Part shown: piece by piece, positions 22,023 through 36,168 of the stretch
How the letters are laid out: the number at the start of each line of letters is the position of its first letter
How positions within the stretch are numbered: the stretch's first letter is position 1
Notes under the pieces: model-generated
Database searches by the model: none
Told to the model about the DNA's origin: nothing
The model's input: the letters and a program-made list of their open reading frames with translations, nothing else
Source of the DNA: an uncultured Actinomycetota bacterium
GTDB lineage: Bacteria > Actinomycetota > Actinomycetes > Propionibacteriales > Nocardioidaceae
DNA: 64,000 bases
NCBI GenBank assembly: GCA_963784625.1
Contig: CAWARV010000003.1
Coordinates: 280,518 to 344,517, forward strand
Reading direction: 5' to 3'
Program-made: the position numbers and the translations under genes

Positions 22023-24389
22023 GTGACTTCGACCTACCGCCTCCAGCTGCACGCAGGCTTCACCTTCACCGATGCGGAGTCGGTGGTGCCCTACCTGGCC
22101 GACCTGGGGGTCTCGCACCTGTACCTGTCCCCGGTGCTGCAGGCCGTGCCGGGCTCCGCTCACGGCTACGACGTGCTCGACCACACCCGGGTGAGCAGCG
22201 AGCTGGGTGGTCGCGACGGCCTGGTGTCGCTGTCGGAGACGGCTCGCCGGCACGGGCTCGGCCTGGTGCTCGACGTGGTGCCGAACCACATGGCGCTGGT
22301 CGCCCCGGAGAGCTCCAACGCACCGCTGTGGGACGTGCTCACGCACGGCCGGGCGGCCGAGTACGCGCACTGGTTCGACGTGGACTGGGCTGCGCTGGGC
22401 GACCGGATCGGGCTGCCGGTGCTCTGGGACCCGCTCGCGGAGGTGCTGGAGAAGGGCGACCTGCGACTCGGCGAGGAGAACGGCGGTCAGGTGCTGCGCT
22501 ACCACGACCACGTCTTCCCGGTCGCGGCCGGCACCTGGGACGGTGACCCGTCCGCCGACGTCGTCACCGTGCTGGAGCGGCAGCACTACCGGCTGGCCGG
22601 GTGGCGGGAGCGGGACGAGGTCCTCAACTACCGCCGGTTCTTCGACGTGGACTCGCTGATCGCGGTGCGGGTCGAGGAGCCGGACGTCTTCGAGGCGACG
22701 CACCGGGTGCTGCTCGACCTGAACCACGCCGGGATCGTCGAGGGCTTCCGGATCGACCACCCCGACGGCCTCGCGGACCCGGAGGGCTACCTGGAGCGGC
22801 TGCGGGCCGCGCTCCGACCCGGCACGGCCCTGTGGGTGGAGAAGATCCTCGAGGGGCACGAGCGGCTCCCTGAGTGGGCCTGCGACGGCACAACCGGTTA
22901 CGACGCCGCCACCGTCGTCTCCCGCGCGCTGGTCGACCGGGCGGTCGCGCCGGCGCTGACCGAGGCGTGGCTCGCGACCGGCGGCGACCCCTCTCTCGAG
23001 CACACCGTCGTCGAGGCCAAGCGCCTGGTCGTCGAGGAGGTGCTCGTCCCGGAGCGGCAGCGGCTGGTACGGCGGGCCGCGGAGGCGCTGCCCGCCGACG
23101 AGCCCGAGCGACTCGCCGACGCGGTCAGCGAGCTGCTGGTGGCCTGCGAGGTCTACCGGGCCTACGTGCGCCCCGACCGGCTGACCGACAAGGTGGCCCG
23201 CGGTCGCCTCGAGGACGCCGGCGCGCTCGCGGCAGGCCGTCGCCCCGACCTCGCCGGCGAGCTGCAGCGGCTCGTCGCACTGTCTACCGACCCGGGCGAC
23301 GAGGCGGCCCGGGACTTCGCGGTGCGACTGCAGCAGACCTGGGGCCCGGTGATGGCCAAGGGCATCGAGGACACCTCGTTCTACCGCTGGCACCGGCTGG
23401 TCGCGCTGAACGAGGTCGGTGGCGACCCCGACCTGCTCGACGACGCGAGCCCCGAGCAGCTGCACGCCTGGGCGACGTACCAGCAGCAGCACTGGCCGTT
23501 GGGGATGACCACGCTCTCCACCCACGACACCAAGCGCAGCGAGGACGTGCGGGCCCGGCTGCTCGCGCTCGCCGGGGACGCCGAGACGTGGCAGCGCTGT
23601 TCCGAGGCGTTCGCCGCCGCGGCCGCCGAGCACGCCGTCGACCTGCCCACCGCGCACCTGGTCTGGCAGACGCTGGCCGGCATCGGCAAGATCGACGACG
23701 AGCGGCTGAAGGGCTACCTGGTCAAGGCGATGCGGGAGTCCAAGCAGCACACCTCGTGGCTGGACCCCGACCCGGAGTACGAGGCCCGGGTGCTGGGGCT
23801 GGCTCGCGCCGCGAACTCCCCGGGGCGGCTCCAGGCCCTGGTGAGCACCGCGATGGACCGCAACGCCGACGCCGTCCGGGCGATGGTGCTGGGGCAGAAG
23901 CTGCTGCAGCTCACCCTGCCCGGCGTCCCCGACACCTACCAGGGCTGCGAGCTGGTGGATCTCTCGCTGGTCGACCCCGACAACCGTCGTCCCGTGGACT
24001 ACGACGAGCGTGCCGCCCGGCTCGCGCACCTGCGCGCGGAGCCGCCGCGGGACCTCCACGACGAGAAGCTGCTGGTCACCCACAAGGCGCTGGCCCTGCG
24101 CCGGGAGCTGCGCGACAGCTTCGGCGACCACGCCGACCACCAGCCGCTCGAGTCCGCCTCACGGCACCTGGTCGGGTTCCTCCGTGGCGGGGAGGCCGCC
24201 ACGCTGGTGACCCGGGCGCCGCAGCGGCTCGAGGCGGCCGGCGGCTGGGGCGACAGCACCGTGGTCCTGACCCCGGGCCTGTGGCGCGACGAGCTCACCG
24301 GTGCGCTCTTCGGCGGTGGCGAGAACCGCCTGGCCGAGCTGCTCACCCGGCTCCCGGTGGCGCTGCTGCGCCGGGTGCACCGCCCGTGA
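22023..24389 (+). CDS. treY: Malto-oligosyltrehalose synthase
   Basis: Intact 788-aa ORF reading TSTYRLQLHAGFTF...VSHLYLSPVLQA..GS.HGYDV...GFRIDHPDGL. Confidence 0.92.
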   Translation: MTSTYRLQLHAGFTFTDAESVVPYLADLGVSHLYLSPVLQAVPGSAHGYDVLDHTRVSSELGGRDGLVSLSETARRHGLGLVLDVVPNHMALVAPESSNAPLWDVLTHGRAAEYAHWFDVDWAALGDRIGLPVLWDPLAEVLEKGDLRLGEENGGQVLRYHDHVFPVAAGTWDGDPSADVVTVLERQHYRLAGWRERDEVLNYRRFFDVDSLIAVRVEEPDVFEATHRVLLDLNHAGIVEGFRIDHPDGLADPEGYLERLRAALRPGTALWVEKILEGHERLPEWACDGTTGYDAATVVSRALVDRAVAPALTEAWLATGGDPSLEHTVVEAKRLVVEEVLVPERQRLVRRAAEALPADEPERLADAVSELLVACEVYRAYVRPDRLTDKVARGRLEDAGALAAGRRPDLAGELQRLVALSTDPGDEAARDFAVRLQQTWGPVMAKGIEDTSFYRWHRLVALNEVGGDPDLLDDASPEQLHAWATYQQQHWPLGMTTLSTHDTKRSEDVRARLLALAGDAETWQRCSEAFAAAAAEHAVDLPTAHLVWQTLAGIGKIDDERLKGYLVKAMRESKQHTSWLDPDPEYEARVLGLARAANSPGRLQALVSTAMDRNADAVRAMVLGQKLLQLTLPGVPDTYQGCELVDLSLVDPDNRRPVDYDERAARLAHLRAEPPRDLHDEKLLVTHKALALRRELRDSFGDHADHQPLESASRHLVGFLRGGEAATLVTRAPQRLEAAGGWGDSTVVLTPGLWRDELTGALFGGGENRLAELLTRLPVALLRRVHRP

Positions 24390-26118
24390 CCGCCCGGGTC
24401 TGGGCGCCGTACGCGTCCGCCGTCGAGCTGGTCCGCGGCGATGACCGGACGCCGATGGCGCGTGCCGACGACGGCTGGTGGGACAGCGGGGTCGCGCCGG
24501 TGTCGGGGGAGCGCTACGCGTTCTCCGTCGACGGTGGCGAGCCGCGGCCCGACCCCAGGGGGGCGGCGCTGCCGGACGGCCCGCACGGCCACTCGGCCTG
24601 GTTCGACCCCGGCGAGCACGCCTGGGCGGACGGGGACTGGCCGGGAGTCGACCTCGCCGGCTCGGTCGTCTACGAGCTGCACGTCGGCACCTTCACCACC
24701 GAGGGCACCCTGGACGCCGCCGCCGCCCGGCTCGACCACCTCGTCGACCTGGGTGCCGACGTCGTCGAGCTGCTCCCGCTGGCCTCGTTCCCGGGCCGGC
24801 ACAACTGGGGGTACGACGGCGTCGCGCCGTACTCGGTGCACGAGACCTACGGCGGCCCGGCGGCCCTGCAGAGGTTCGTCGACGCGGCGCACGCGCGCGG
24901 GCTGGGAGTCTGCCTCGACGTGGTCTACAACCACCTCGGACCGGACGGCAACTACCTCGGCGAGCTGGGCCCGTACTTCACCGACAGGCACGCCACCCCC
25001 TGGGGCCAGGCGCTCAACCTGGACGGCCGGGACAGCGACCAGGTGCGTCGCTGGGTGCTCGACAACGTCCAGCAGTGGCTGCGCGACTTCCACGTCGACG
25101 GGCTCCGGCTGGACGCGGTGCACGAGCTGCACGACGACAGCGCGACGCACGTGCTCGAGGAGATGTCGCGGGAGGTCGACGAGCTCGCGGCGCGCACCGG
25201 ACGCACCCGCTGGCTGATCGCGGAGTCCGACCGCAACGACCCCGGCACCGTCACCCCTCGCGGCGCCGGCGACGCGGTCGGCGGTCTCGGCGTGCACGCG
25301 CAGTGGGCCGACGACATCCACCACGCCCTGCACGTCGCGCTGACCGGCGAGCAGCAGGGCTACTACGCCGACTTCGCGGCACCGGACGCCCTCGCCAAGA
25401 CGCTGCGGACGCCGTTCTTCCACGACGGCACCTACTCCACCTTCCGGGGTCGCCGGCACGGTCGGCCGGTGCAGGCCGAGACCATGCCCGGCTGGCGGTT
25501 CGTGGCCTCCCTCCAGACCCACGACCAGGTCGGCAACCGGGCCCAGGGCGACCGGCTCTCCGGGCGCAGCTGGACCTGGACCCCGGGGTGCTCGCCTGTG
25601 GGGCCGCGATCCTGCTGACGTCGCCGTGGACGCCGATGCTGTTCATGGGGGAGGAGTGGGGGGCTCGCACGCCCTGGCAGTTCTTCACCGACCACACCGA
25701 CCAGGACATCGCACAGGGCACCCGTGAGGGGCGGCGCGCCGAGTTCGGGTCGCACGGCTGGGACGAGGACGAGGTCCCCGACCCGCAGGACCCCGAGACC
25801 TTCCGCCGCTCCCGGCTGGACTGGTCCGAGCCCACCCGGGAGCCGCACGCCCGGCTGCTCGCCTGGTACCGCGACCTGATCGCACTGCGCCGGGCCCACC
25901 CCGAGCTGCGCTCCCCGGACCTGACGCAGACCGACGTCACCTGGCAGGAGCGTCGGCTCCGGGTCCGCCGCGGCCGGTACGACGTCCTGGTCAACCTCGC
26001 TGACGACACCTGGTCGGTGACCACCGAGGGGTCCGTGGTGCTGGCCTGGGACCCGGCGGTGCTCGCGGACGGCGGCAAGCTCGACGTACCGGCCCGTTCG
26101 GCGGTGATCGTCGGCTGA
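24386..26118 (+). pseudogene. treZ: Malto-oligosyltrehalose trehalohydrolase, frame-disrupted as assembled (near 25560)
   Basis: The GTG at 24386 overlaps the treY stop. The text ..YELHVGTFT..GYDGV..DVVYNHLGP..GLRLDAVH.. is in frame with ORF 22874..25618. The C-terminus LTSPWTPMLFMGEEWGA... is in the frame of ORF 24478..26118. Confidence 0.85.
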
Positions 26119-26177
26119 CCGTCGGTCGGGCCGGCGTTCGGCTGCCGCAACGGCCCGTCGGAGCGCACAATCGAAGC

Positions 26178-27752
26178 ATGAGCGTGCGCAGGAGTCGGCT
26201 GGTCGTCGGGATGGCTGCTGCGGCGGTGGTGCTCACCGGTGTGGGCGCCTCCCCGTCAGCGGGACGGGTCTCCGCCGGACCGGCGGTGGCCATGCCCCTG
26301 GGCTGGGAGCCTACCGTGGCGGAGACGGCGCGAGCGCGGTCGCTGGTCGAGCGGATGACCCTGCCGCAGCGTGCCGGCCAGGTGCTGGTGGCCTCCTACC
26401 TGGGCACCCGGGCCCCGGTGGCGCTGGTCCGCGAGCTGCACCTCGGCGGGGTGGTGGCCTTCGCGAGCAACCTGACCACCCCGGGCCGGGTGCGGGCGAA
26501 CAACCGCACCCTGCAGCGGGCGGTGGCGTCCCGCGGCTACCCCCTGATGATCGCCGTGGACCAGGAGGGCGGTCGGGTCGCCCGGCTCACCACCGGCGCC
26601 ACCCGGTTCCCGGGGCTGATGACCGCGGGGGCTGCCGGGGACCCGGCTCTCACGCTGCGTGCCTACCGGGCCGCCGGCGGCGAGGTCGCCGACGTCGGGT
26701 TCACCGTCGACTTCGCCCCCGACGCCGACGTCACGGTCGGCCCCGCCGACCCGGCCATCGGCTCCCGGAGCGCCGGCTCGTCGCCGCGCCGGGTCGCCGA
26801 CCAGGTCGTCGCCGCGACCCGGGGGCTGTCGGCCAGCGGCATGGTCCCGGTGCTCAAGCACTTCCCCGGGCACGGGTCGGTGACCACCGACAGCCACCTC
26901 GGACTGCCGGTCCAGCGCCGGTCGCTGGCCACCCTGCGGGCCAAGGACCTGGTGCCCTTCCGCGCCGGCGTGCGCGCCGGCGCGCCCATGGTGATGGTGG
27001 GCCACCTCGACGTGCGCGCCGTGGACGCCGGCCGTCCGTCGTCGCTGTCGCGCAAGGTGGTCACCGGGCTGCTCCGCGAGGAGCTGGGCTTCCGCGGTGT
27101 CGTGGTCACCGACTCCCTGCAGATGCACGCGATCGTGGACCGGTACGGCGTGGCCGGTGCCGCGGTGCGAGCGCTGAACGCCGGGGTCGACGTGCTGCTG
27201 ATGCCGGGCAGCCCACGGGTCGCCCGGGCGGGCATCGTCGACGCGGTGCGCGCGGGACGCGTCGACGCCGCGCGGCTGCGCGAGGCCGCGACCCGGATGG
27301 TCGCCCTGCAGATCCACCAGCGGGCCCGCGGCTACCACCGACGGGCGCCCGGGTCGAGCACCACCGTGGCCCGGGGGCTGTCCGCGGCGGGGGTCACCTC
27401 GGTCGCGGGGCCCTGCTCGGGGCGCCTGGTCGGCGCCTCGGTGCACGTGACGGGACCGTCGGCCGTCGTCGAGCGGTTCGAGAGGGCCGCCCGCGCCGCG
27501 GGGCTCGCGGTGTCGGGGACCGGCACCACCGTGCGCCTCGCCGGCCTCGGCGCGCCGGCCCAGCACGGTGCGGTCGTGATCGCGCTGGACACGCCCTACG
27601 TGCTCGGCACGAGCCGTGCGCGCGTCAAGCTCGCGACGTACGGCGACTCGCCGGGGGACCTGCGGGCGGCGGCCCGGGTGCTGGCCGGCCTGGCCACCGC
27701 GCCCGGCCGGTTGCCGGTGCACGTCGACGGGGTGGTCCGCCGCGGCTGCTGA
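26178..27752 (+). CDS. Secreted glycoside hydrolase family 3 (beta-N-acetylhexosaminidase-like)
   Basis: 524-aa ORF with a signal-like N-terminus and the text IAVDQEGGRVARL...KHFPGHG...VVTDSLQM. Confidence 0.8.
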   Translation: MSVRRSRLVVGMAAAAVVLTGVGASPSAGRVSAGPAVAMPLGWEPTVAETARARSLVERMTLPQRAGQVLVASYLGTRAPVALVRELHLGGVVAFASNLTTPGRVRANNRTLQRAVASRGYPLMIAVDQEGGRVARLTTGATRFPGLMTAGAAGDPALTLRAYRAAGGEVADVGFTVDFAPDADVTVGPADPAIGSRSAGSSPRRVADQVVAATRGLSASGMVPVLKHFPGHGSVTTDSHLGLPVQRRSLATLRAKDLVPFRAGVRAGAPMVMVGHLDVRAVDAGRPSSLSRKVVTGLLREELGFRGVVVTDSLQMHAIVDRYGVAGAAVRALNAGVDVLLMPGSPRVARAGIVDAVRAGRVDAARLREAATRMVALQIHQRARGYHRRAPGSSTTVARGLSAAGVTSVAGPCSGRLVGASVHVTGPSAVVERFERAARAAGLAVSGTGTTVRLAGLGAPAQHGAVVIALDTPYVLGTSRARVKLATYGDSPGDLRAAARVLAGLATAPGRLPVHVDGVVRRGC

Positions 27753-27857
27753 CACGGGCGGGACGGCCCGCGCCGGACGTGCGGGGGGGGGTGCGTGCCG
27801 GCCCCGGGCGTGGCACGGTGTGCCCGGCAGATCCCACTTCTCGGAAGGTGCTCCTCG

Positions 27858-28769
27858 ATGACCTTGCTCTCTCGTCGCCCCCGTCGCCCCGGTGGCCGCC
27901 GTACCGTCAGCGCCCTGGTCGCCGTCACGTCCCTGGCCGCCTTCACCGCGGTCGGCGTCGAGTCCGCCGTCGCGCTGAGGGACGCTCCGCCGGTCCCGGC
28001 GCCGCCTGCGCAGCCGACCCGGGCCGACCAGATCCAGAACATCGACCAGGTCCGGACCGCGATCAAGGCCTACTACGGCGACACCGTCTCCGGGACGAAC
28101 CCCGACGGCTCGGCGCAGCACCTGCCGTCGCCGACCGGGGCCTACGCCCACGAGTTGGCCGGCCTGGAGCGCCGGGCGCTGGCCTACCTGACCAAGGTCC
28201 GCGGTGGCCACGGCGACGACCGGGCGAACAGCCGGGCGCCGCGCTCGCACGGCGCGAAGTCGATCGTGCTCGACGTCGACGACACCTCGCTGAACACCTA
28301 CAACTACGAGATCTTCAGCAACTTCACCTACACCCCGGCGAGCAACGCCACCTTCGTGAACAGCGCCGCGTTCCCGGCGGTCTTCGGGATGCCCGAGCTG
28401 GCCGAGAAGGCGAGGGCCGCCGGCTACACCGTCTTCTTCCTGACCGGCCGTCCGGAGGCGCAGCGGTCCGGCACCGAGGAGAACCTGGCCAAGGTCGGCT
28501 TCCCGGCGACGCCGAGCAGCCGGGTCTACCTCAAGGACGACGCCGGCCAGCCGTGGATCACCTGCGACACCGAGAGCACGCAGTACGACCCGGACCCGTC
28601 GGTGCCGCCGTCGTGCTCGACGGTGGAGCGCAAGTCCCAGACCCGCGCGCACATCGAGTCGCTCGGCTACGACATCAGGGCGAGCTTCGGCGACCAGTAC
28701 AGCGACCTCAAGGGCGGCTTCGCCGACCGGACGTTCAAGGTGCCCAACCCGATGTACTACCTGCCCTGA
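27858..28769 (+). CDS. Secreted HAD-superfamily class B acid phosphatase (subfamily IIIB)
   Basis: The ATG at 27858 lies within ORF 27795..28769. The leader is twin-arginine-like (LSRRPRRPGGRRT). The DxDxT motif reads VLDVDDTSL, followed by ...FLTGRPE...FGDQYSDL. Confidence 0.75.
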   Translation: MTLLSRRPRRPGGRRTVSALVAVTSLAAFTAVGVESAVALRDAPPVPAPPAQPTRADQIQNIDQVRTAIKAYYGDTVSGTNPDGSAQHLPSPTGAYAHELAGLERRALAYLTKVRGGHGDDRANSRAPRSHGAKSIVLDVDDTSLNTYNYEIFSNFTYTPASNATFVNSAAFPAVFGMPELAEKARAAGYTVFFLTGRPEAQRSGTEENLAKVGFPATPSSRVYLKDDAGQPWITCDTESTQYDPDPSVPPSCSTVERKSQTRAHIESLGYDIRASFGDQYSDLKGGFADRTFKVPNPMYYLP

Positions 28770-28798
28770 CCCGGTCCGCCGGTGGAGGTCCGAGATCG

Positions 28799-29095
28799 AT
28801 GACCCCCGACGACGCGCGCTCGCTCGCCCTGTCCCTCGACGGGGTGGCTGAGCGCGACCATCACGGCTTCCCGTCGTTCCGCACGGCCCGCCGGATCTTC
28901 GCCACCCTGCCCGACGGCGAACGACTGCGGGTCTTCCTGCCGGAGGAGGAGGTCCGGGCCGCGGTGGCGGAGTGGCCGTGGTGCGAGGAGCAGTGGTGGG
29001 GCAAGCGGGTGGTCGGGGTGCGGGTGCTGCTCGCCGACGCCGACCCGGGCGTGGTCGCCGAGCTGCTCGAGGACGCCTGGCGGCACAGCGCCTGA
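28799..29095 (+). CDS. MmcQ/YjbR-family protein
   Basis: 98 aa, in frame with ORF 27779..29095, reading [25 protein letters not shown]...FATL. Confidence 0.6.
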   Translation: MTPDDARSLALSLDGVAERDHHGFPSFRTARRIFATLPDGERLRVFLPEEEVRAAVAEWPWCEEQWWGKRVVGVRVLLADADPGVVAELLEDAWRHSA

Positions 29096-29110
29096 GCAGG
29101 CCGGCCCCGG

Positions 29111-29215
29111 TTCGGCCGCAGGACGGGACGCCTCGGCGGGGGCTCGGCCGCAGGACGGGACGCCTCGGCGGGGTGGTCGGGGCAGGACGGGACGCCTGGG
29201 CGGGGTGGTCGGGGC
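29111..29215. repeat. Tandem repeat of about 31 nt x 3.5 between convergent genes
   Basis: The unit (c/t)tcggccgcaggacgggacgcctcggcgggg occurs twice, followed by two degenerate units of the form tggtcggggcaggacgggacgcctgggcgggg. Confidence 0.7.
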
Positions 29216-29222
29216 AGGGTGG

Positions 29223-30407
29223 TCAGGGCAGGGGGCGGACCAGCAGGGCGGCGCCCCTGCCGGCCACCCGGGTCAGCACCAGGGTGCCCTCGGCGTCCCC
29301 GCGCAGGGCCAGCCGGGGGCGCAGCTGCTCCGGCACCACGTCCACGCCCCGCTTCTTGATCGCCAGCCGCCCGATGCCGCGCGCCCGAAGCGCCGCCCGC
29401 AGCGCCTTCTCCCGGTACGGCAGCTCCTCGAGCACCTCGTAGGAGCGGGCGAACGGCGTCGTGGCCGGCTCGTCGCCGGTGACGTAGGCGATGTGCTCGT
29501 CGACCAGGCCGCCGCGGACCAGGGCCGCGACCGCGGTGACCAGACCGGCCCGGATCACCGCCCCGTCGGGCTCGTGCAGGAACCGGCCGACTGGGCGGGG
29601 GCCGTCCGCGGTCTCGTCCTCGTCGGTGAGGGTGGCCAGCCCGGAGCCGCGGATCACGGTGGCACGGCGCCGCACCGTGCCGAGGTGCGGCGACCAGAGC
29701 GCGGCCTCCTTGACCTCCCCCCGGTCCGAGACCCACTCGGCCTCGACGGCGTCCGGGACCAGGTGGTGCGGGATGCCCGGGGCCACCTTGACGCAGGAGG
29801 GCCGGGCGAGGAGCTCGAGCACGAACGGCCACGGCGGCGACCAGCCGTCCACGTCGAAGACCCGGCCGCGGGCGGTCCGGCGGGCCGGGTCGGCGAACAC
29901 CACCCCGAAGCCGGACCCGTCCACGTCCTCGGCCGCGGCAGACCGGACGGCACCGCCGAGGCCGAGGGCGGCCAGGTTCGCCCGGGCGACCTCGACCCGG
30001 GTCTCGTCCCGGTCGACGCCGGCGACGACCAGCCCGGCCCGCGCCAGCGCGGTCAGGTCGCCGCCGATGCCGCAGCCGAGGTCGAGCACCGAGGCCGGAC
30101 CGGCCAGGGCCACCCGGGCGGCTCGGTGTGCCGCCACCCGGGCCCGGGTCGCCTGCTCCAGGCCGTCGGGGGTGAAGAACATCCGGGCGGCGTCGTCCCC
30201 GAACTTGGCGGCGGCACGGCCGCGCAGCTCGACCTGGGTCAGCGCGGCAGCGGTGTGGGCGGGGTCCGGGTCGGCCCGGCGCAGCGCGCTCGCGGCCCGG
30301 ACCGGGTCACCGGCGAGCTCGGCGGACAGCTCGCCGGCCCGGACCAGCAGCCGTCGGCCGGGCTCGGTCAGCAGCCAGCGGAAGGCCTCGAGGTCCACGC
30401 CGGACAT
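29223..30407 (-). CDS. Class I SAM-dependent methyltransferase with a THUMP-like C-terminal domain
   Basis: ORF 29223..30428. The probable start is MSGVDLEAF at 30407. SAM motif I reads [11 protein letters not shown]. Confidence 0.7.
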   Translation of the reverse strand: MSGVDLEAFRWLLTEPGRRLLVRAGELSAELAGDPVRAASALRRADPDPAHTAAALTQVELRGRAAAKFGDDAARMFFTPDGLEQATRARVAAHRAARVALAGPASVLDLGCGIGGDLTALARAGLVVAGVDRDETRVEVARANLAALGLGGAVRSAAAEDVDGSGFGVVFADPARRTARGRVFDVDGWSPPWPFVLELLARPSCVKVAPGIPHHLVPDAVEAEWVSDRGEVKEAALWSPHLGTVRRRATVIRGSGLATLTDEDETADGPRPVGRFLHEPDGAVIRAGLVTAVAALVRGGLVDEHIAYVTGDEPATTPFARSYEVLEELPYREKALRAALRARGIGRLAIKKRGVDVVPEQLRPRLALRGDAEGTLVLTRVAGRGAALLVRPLP

Positions 30408-30421
30408 CCTCGCAGACCCGT

Positions 30422-32644
<2,223 letters not shown>

Positions 32645-32675
32645 CCGACCCGGCACCATCAGCAGCATCCTCGAG

Positions 32676-32699
32676 CGCCGCCCGGTCCGCCGGGCGGCG
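32676..32699. terminator. GC-rich hairpin between convergent groEL and the 32728 gene
   Basis: The stem is cgccgcccgg / ccgggcggcg with the loop tccg. There is no clear U-tract, which is usual in actinobacteria. Confidence 0.45.
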
Positions 32700-32727
32700 T
32701 TCGCGCTCTCGGGGGGGCCGCCCTCGG

Positions 32728-33177
32728 CTAGGACGGCCAGGACGCCGAGGAGCAGCGCGGCCGGGGGCGGCGCTCCTCGGCGGTGGCGGACCCGCAGGCG
32801 CCCGGCAGGTGCCCGGTGACCCTCATCCAGTGCTGTGCGGTGTCAGCCGTGAGGTGACAGTCGGTCCGGGCGCTCGGGCCGCTGAGCAGGACGAGCGCCT
32901 CGCGCAGCTGCCGCTCGCACGTGGCCCGCGCGTCGGGTGGCGGGCCGTCCACGCAGGCGGGGGCGAGGCTCACCCACGCCCGGCCTGCGGCCGCTGGACC
33001 CGATGCGGCCGAGGCGGCCGGGGGCCGGCCGCCGGCACCCGGGCTGCCGGACCCGACCTGCGCGGCGGCGCCCCAGGCGAGCAGTCCCGCCCCGAGCCCG
33101 GTCGCCAGCAGCGCCATCGGCCCACTCACCCGGCGGCCGACGTGGCTGCTCTCCAAGATCTCCCTGGTGTCGGACAT
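32728..33177 (-). CDS. Small membrane-anchored or secreted hypothetical protein with four Cys residues
   Basis: 149 aa from the ATG at 33177, inside ORF 32728..33855. It has one hydrophobic helix (MALLATGLGAGLLAWGAAA) followed by a Cys-containing domain. No family was recognised. Confidence 0.45.
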   Translation of the reverse strand: MSDTREILESSHVGRRVSGPMALLATGLGAGLLAWGAAAQVGSGSPGAGGRPPAASAASGPAAAGRAWVSLAPACVDGPPPDARATCERQLREALVLLSGPSARTDCHLTADTAQHWMRVTGHLPGACGSATAEERRPRPRCSSASWPS

Positions 33178-33418
33178 GCCTGCCCCCGTGGTCCTGCCGG
33201 CTGCCTCGTCCGGCGGAGCGTTAGCGGATGTCTCTCGAGCGTCCTCCTCGGCGCCTGTGCTGACCTCCGTGCCAGCTCGGGCGGACGCGCCAGCCGGAGG
33301 GAGGGTGCCAGGCCGGTCTCCGGCAGAGTTCTCACCGTCGCAACATCGCGGCAGCACAGCCGGAACGCTCGCCGTCCAGGCTGGGGCGGTCCCGTTCCCC
33401 GGTCCGAAGGAGACTGCC

Positions 33419-34489
33419 GTGCTGTGGAGAGTGCGTACGACGATGGCCGACCGGCCGGGATCGCTGGCCACCCTGGCGCGGCACTGCGGTGAGCACGGGG
33501 TGAACATCCTGGGGCTGCAGATCTTCCCGGGGGTCGAGGGGGTCACCGACGAGCTGGTGCTGCGCGCGCCGGACGGGTGGGGACTCGGGTCGGTCGCCGA
33601 GCTGGTCGAGGGCGCCGGCGGTGACCGGGTCACGGTGGCGCCCTGCACCGAGCATGCCCTGGTCGACGGCCCGATCCAGTACCTGCACGCGCTGCGCCGG
33701 CTCGCCCACGACCCGGGCACCCTGATGGAGATGCTGGCCCGGGTGCTCGACGCCGGGCCGGTCGGCTCCGAGGTCGACCTCAGCGCCGTGCAGGACACGC
33801 TGCGGGTCGAGGTCGGCGGTCGAGCGGTGGTGCTGCGCCGGACCGCCCCGTTCACGGCGACCGAGCACGCCCGGGTGGTGGCGTTCGCCGAGGTCGCCTC
33901 GGAGCTGGTCGGTGCGGGGACGCCGGCGTCCCCGCCGGGCGACGAGCGACCCGGTCCGCCCGGAGGAGCGCACCCCGAGATCCGGGTCGCCGGTCTGGCG
34001 GACGCCTCCGCGCTGGTGCGGATGCACCAGCGCTGCTCCGCGGAGTCGGTGTACCGCCGCTACGCGGCCCCGCTGGCCCGCCTCGACGAGCGCTTCGCCC
34101 GGCGGCTGCTGCTGGCCGGTGCCGGCGCGCTGGTCGCCGTGGTGGGGGACGAGGTGGTCGGCATCGCGTCGGTGCCGGAGTGCCAGAACGGGGTCGCGGA
34201 GGTGGCGCTGCTGGTCGAGGACGGCTGGCAGCGGCAGGGGCTGGGCGCCCGGCTGCTGTCCGGCGCGGCCCGGCTGGCGCGAGGACGGGGTGCGGTCGAG
34301 ATGGTGCTGCGCAGTCGCACCCACAACCCGGCGCTGATGTCCCTGGCCTTCGGGACGGGCCTCCGGGCCCGGGTCCGAGCCGAGGGGGAGCACGTCGTGG
34401 TCACCGTGCGGGTGGAGGGGCTCAAGCCGCTCGTCGTGCTGCCCGGCGCGGTGCAGGCGGCCGGCAGCGACCAGCCGTCGCCGGCCTGA
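33419..34489 (+). CDS. ACT-domain / GNAT acetyltransferase fusion (candidate amino-acid-sensing protein acetyltransferase)
   Basis: The GTG at 33419 follows a gaaggag RBS and is in frame with ORF 32921..34489. The ACT-like N-terminus reads WRVRTTMADRPGSLATLARHCGEHGVNILGLQIF. The GNAT core reads VLVEDGWQRQGLGARLL. Confidence 0.7.
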   Translation: MLWRVRTTMADRPGSLATLARHCGEHGVNILGLQIFPGVEGVTDELVLRAPDGWGLGSVAELVEGAGGDRVTVAPCTEHALVDGPIQYLHALRRLAHDPGTLMEMLARVLDAGPVGSEVDLSAVQDTLRVEVGGRAVVLRRTAPFTATEHARVVAFAEVASELVGAGTPASPPGDERPGPPGGAHPEIRVAGLADASALVRMHQRCSAESVYRRYAAPLARLDERFARRLLLAGAGALVAVVGDEVVGIASVPECQNGVAEVALLVEDGWQRQGLGARLLSGAARLARGRGAVEMVLRSRTHNPALMSLAFGTGLRARVRAEGEHVVVTVRVEGLKPLVVLPGAVQAAGSDQPSPA

Positions 34490-36106
<1,617 letters not shown>

Positions 36107-36168
36107 GCGCCACCGGGCACGGCGGCCCACCGCGGCGCACCGTCCGCGGCGACCGTTAGGCTCGGGCC

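Noticed and set aside
22023-26118. Missing treX (glgX) next to treY-treZ considered as an anomaly.
   Set aside because: The debranching enzyme gene is often located elsewhere. Its absence from a 64-kb window is not informative.
29111-29215. The tandem repeats here and at 55525-55596 considered as possible CRISPR arrays.
   Set aside because: The units abut directly with no unique spacers. There are only 3-4 copies, and no cas genes or leader are present.
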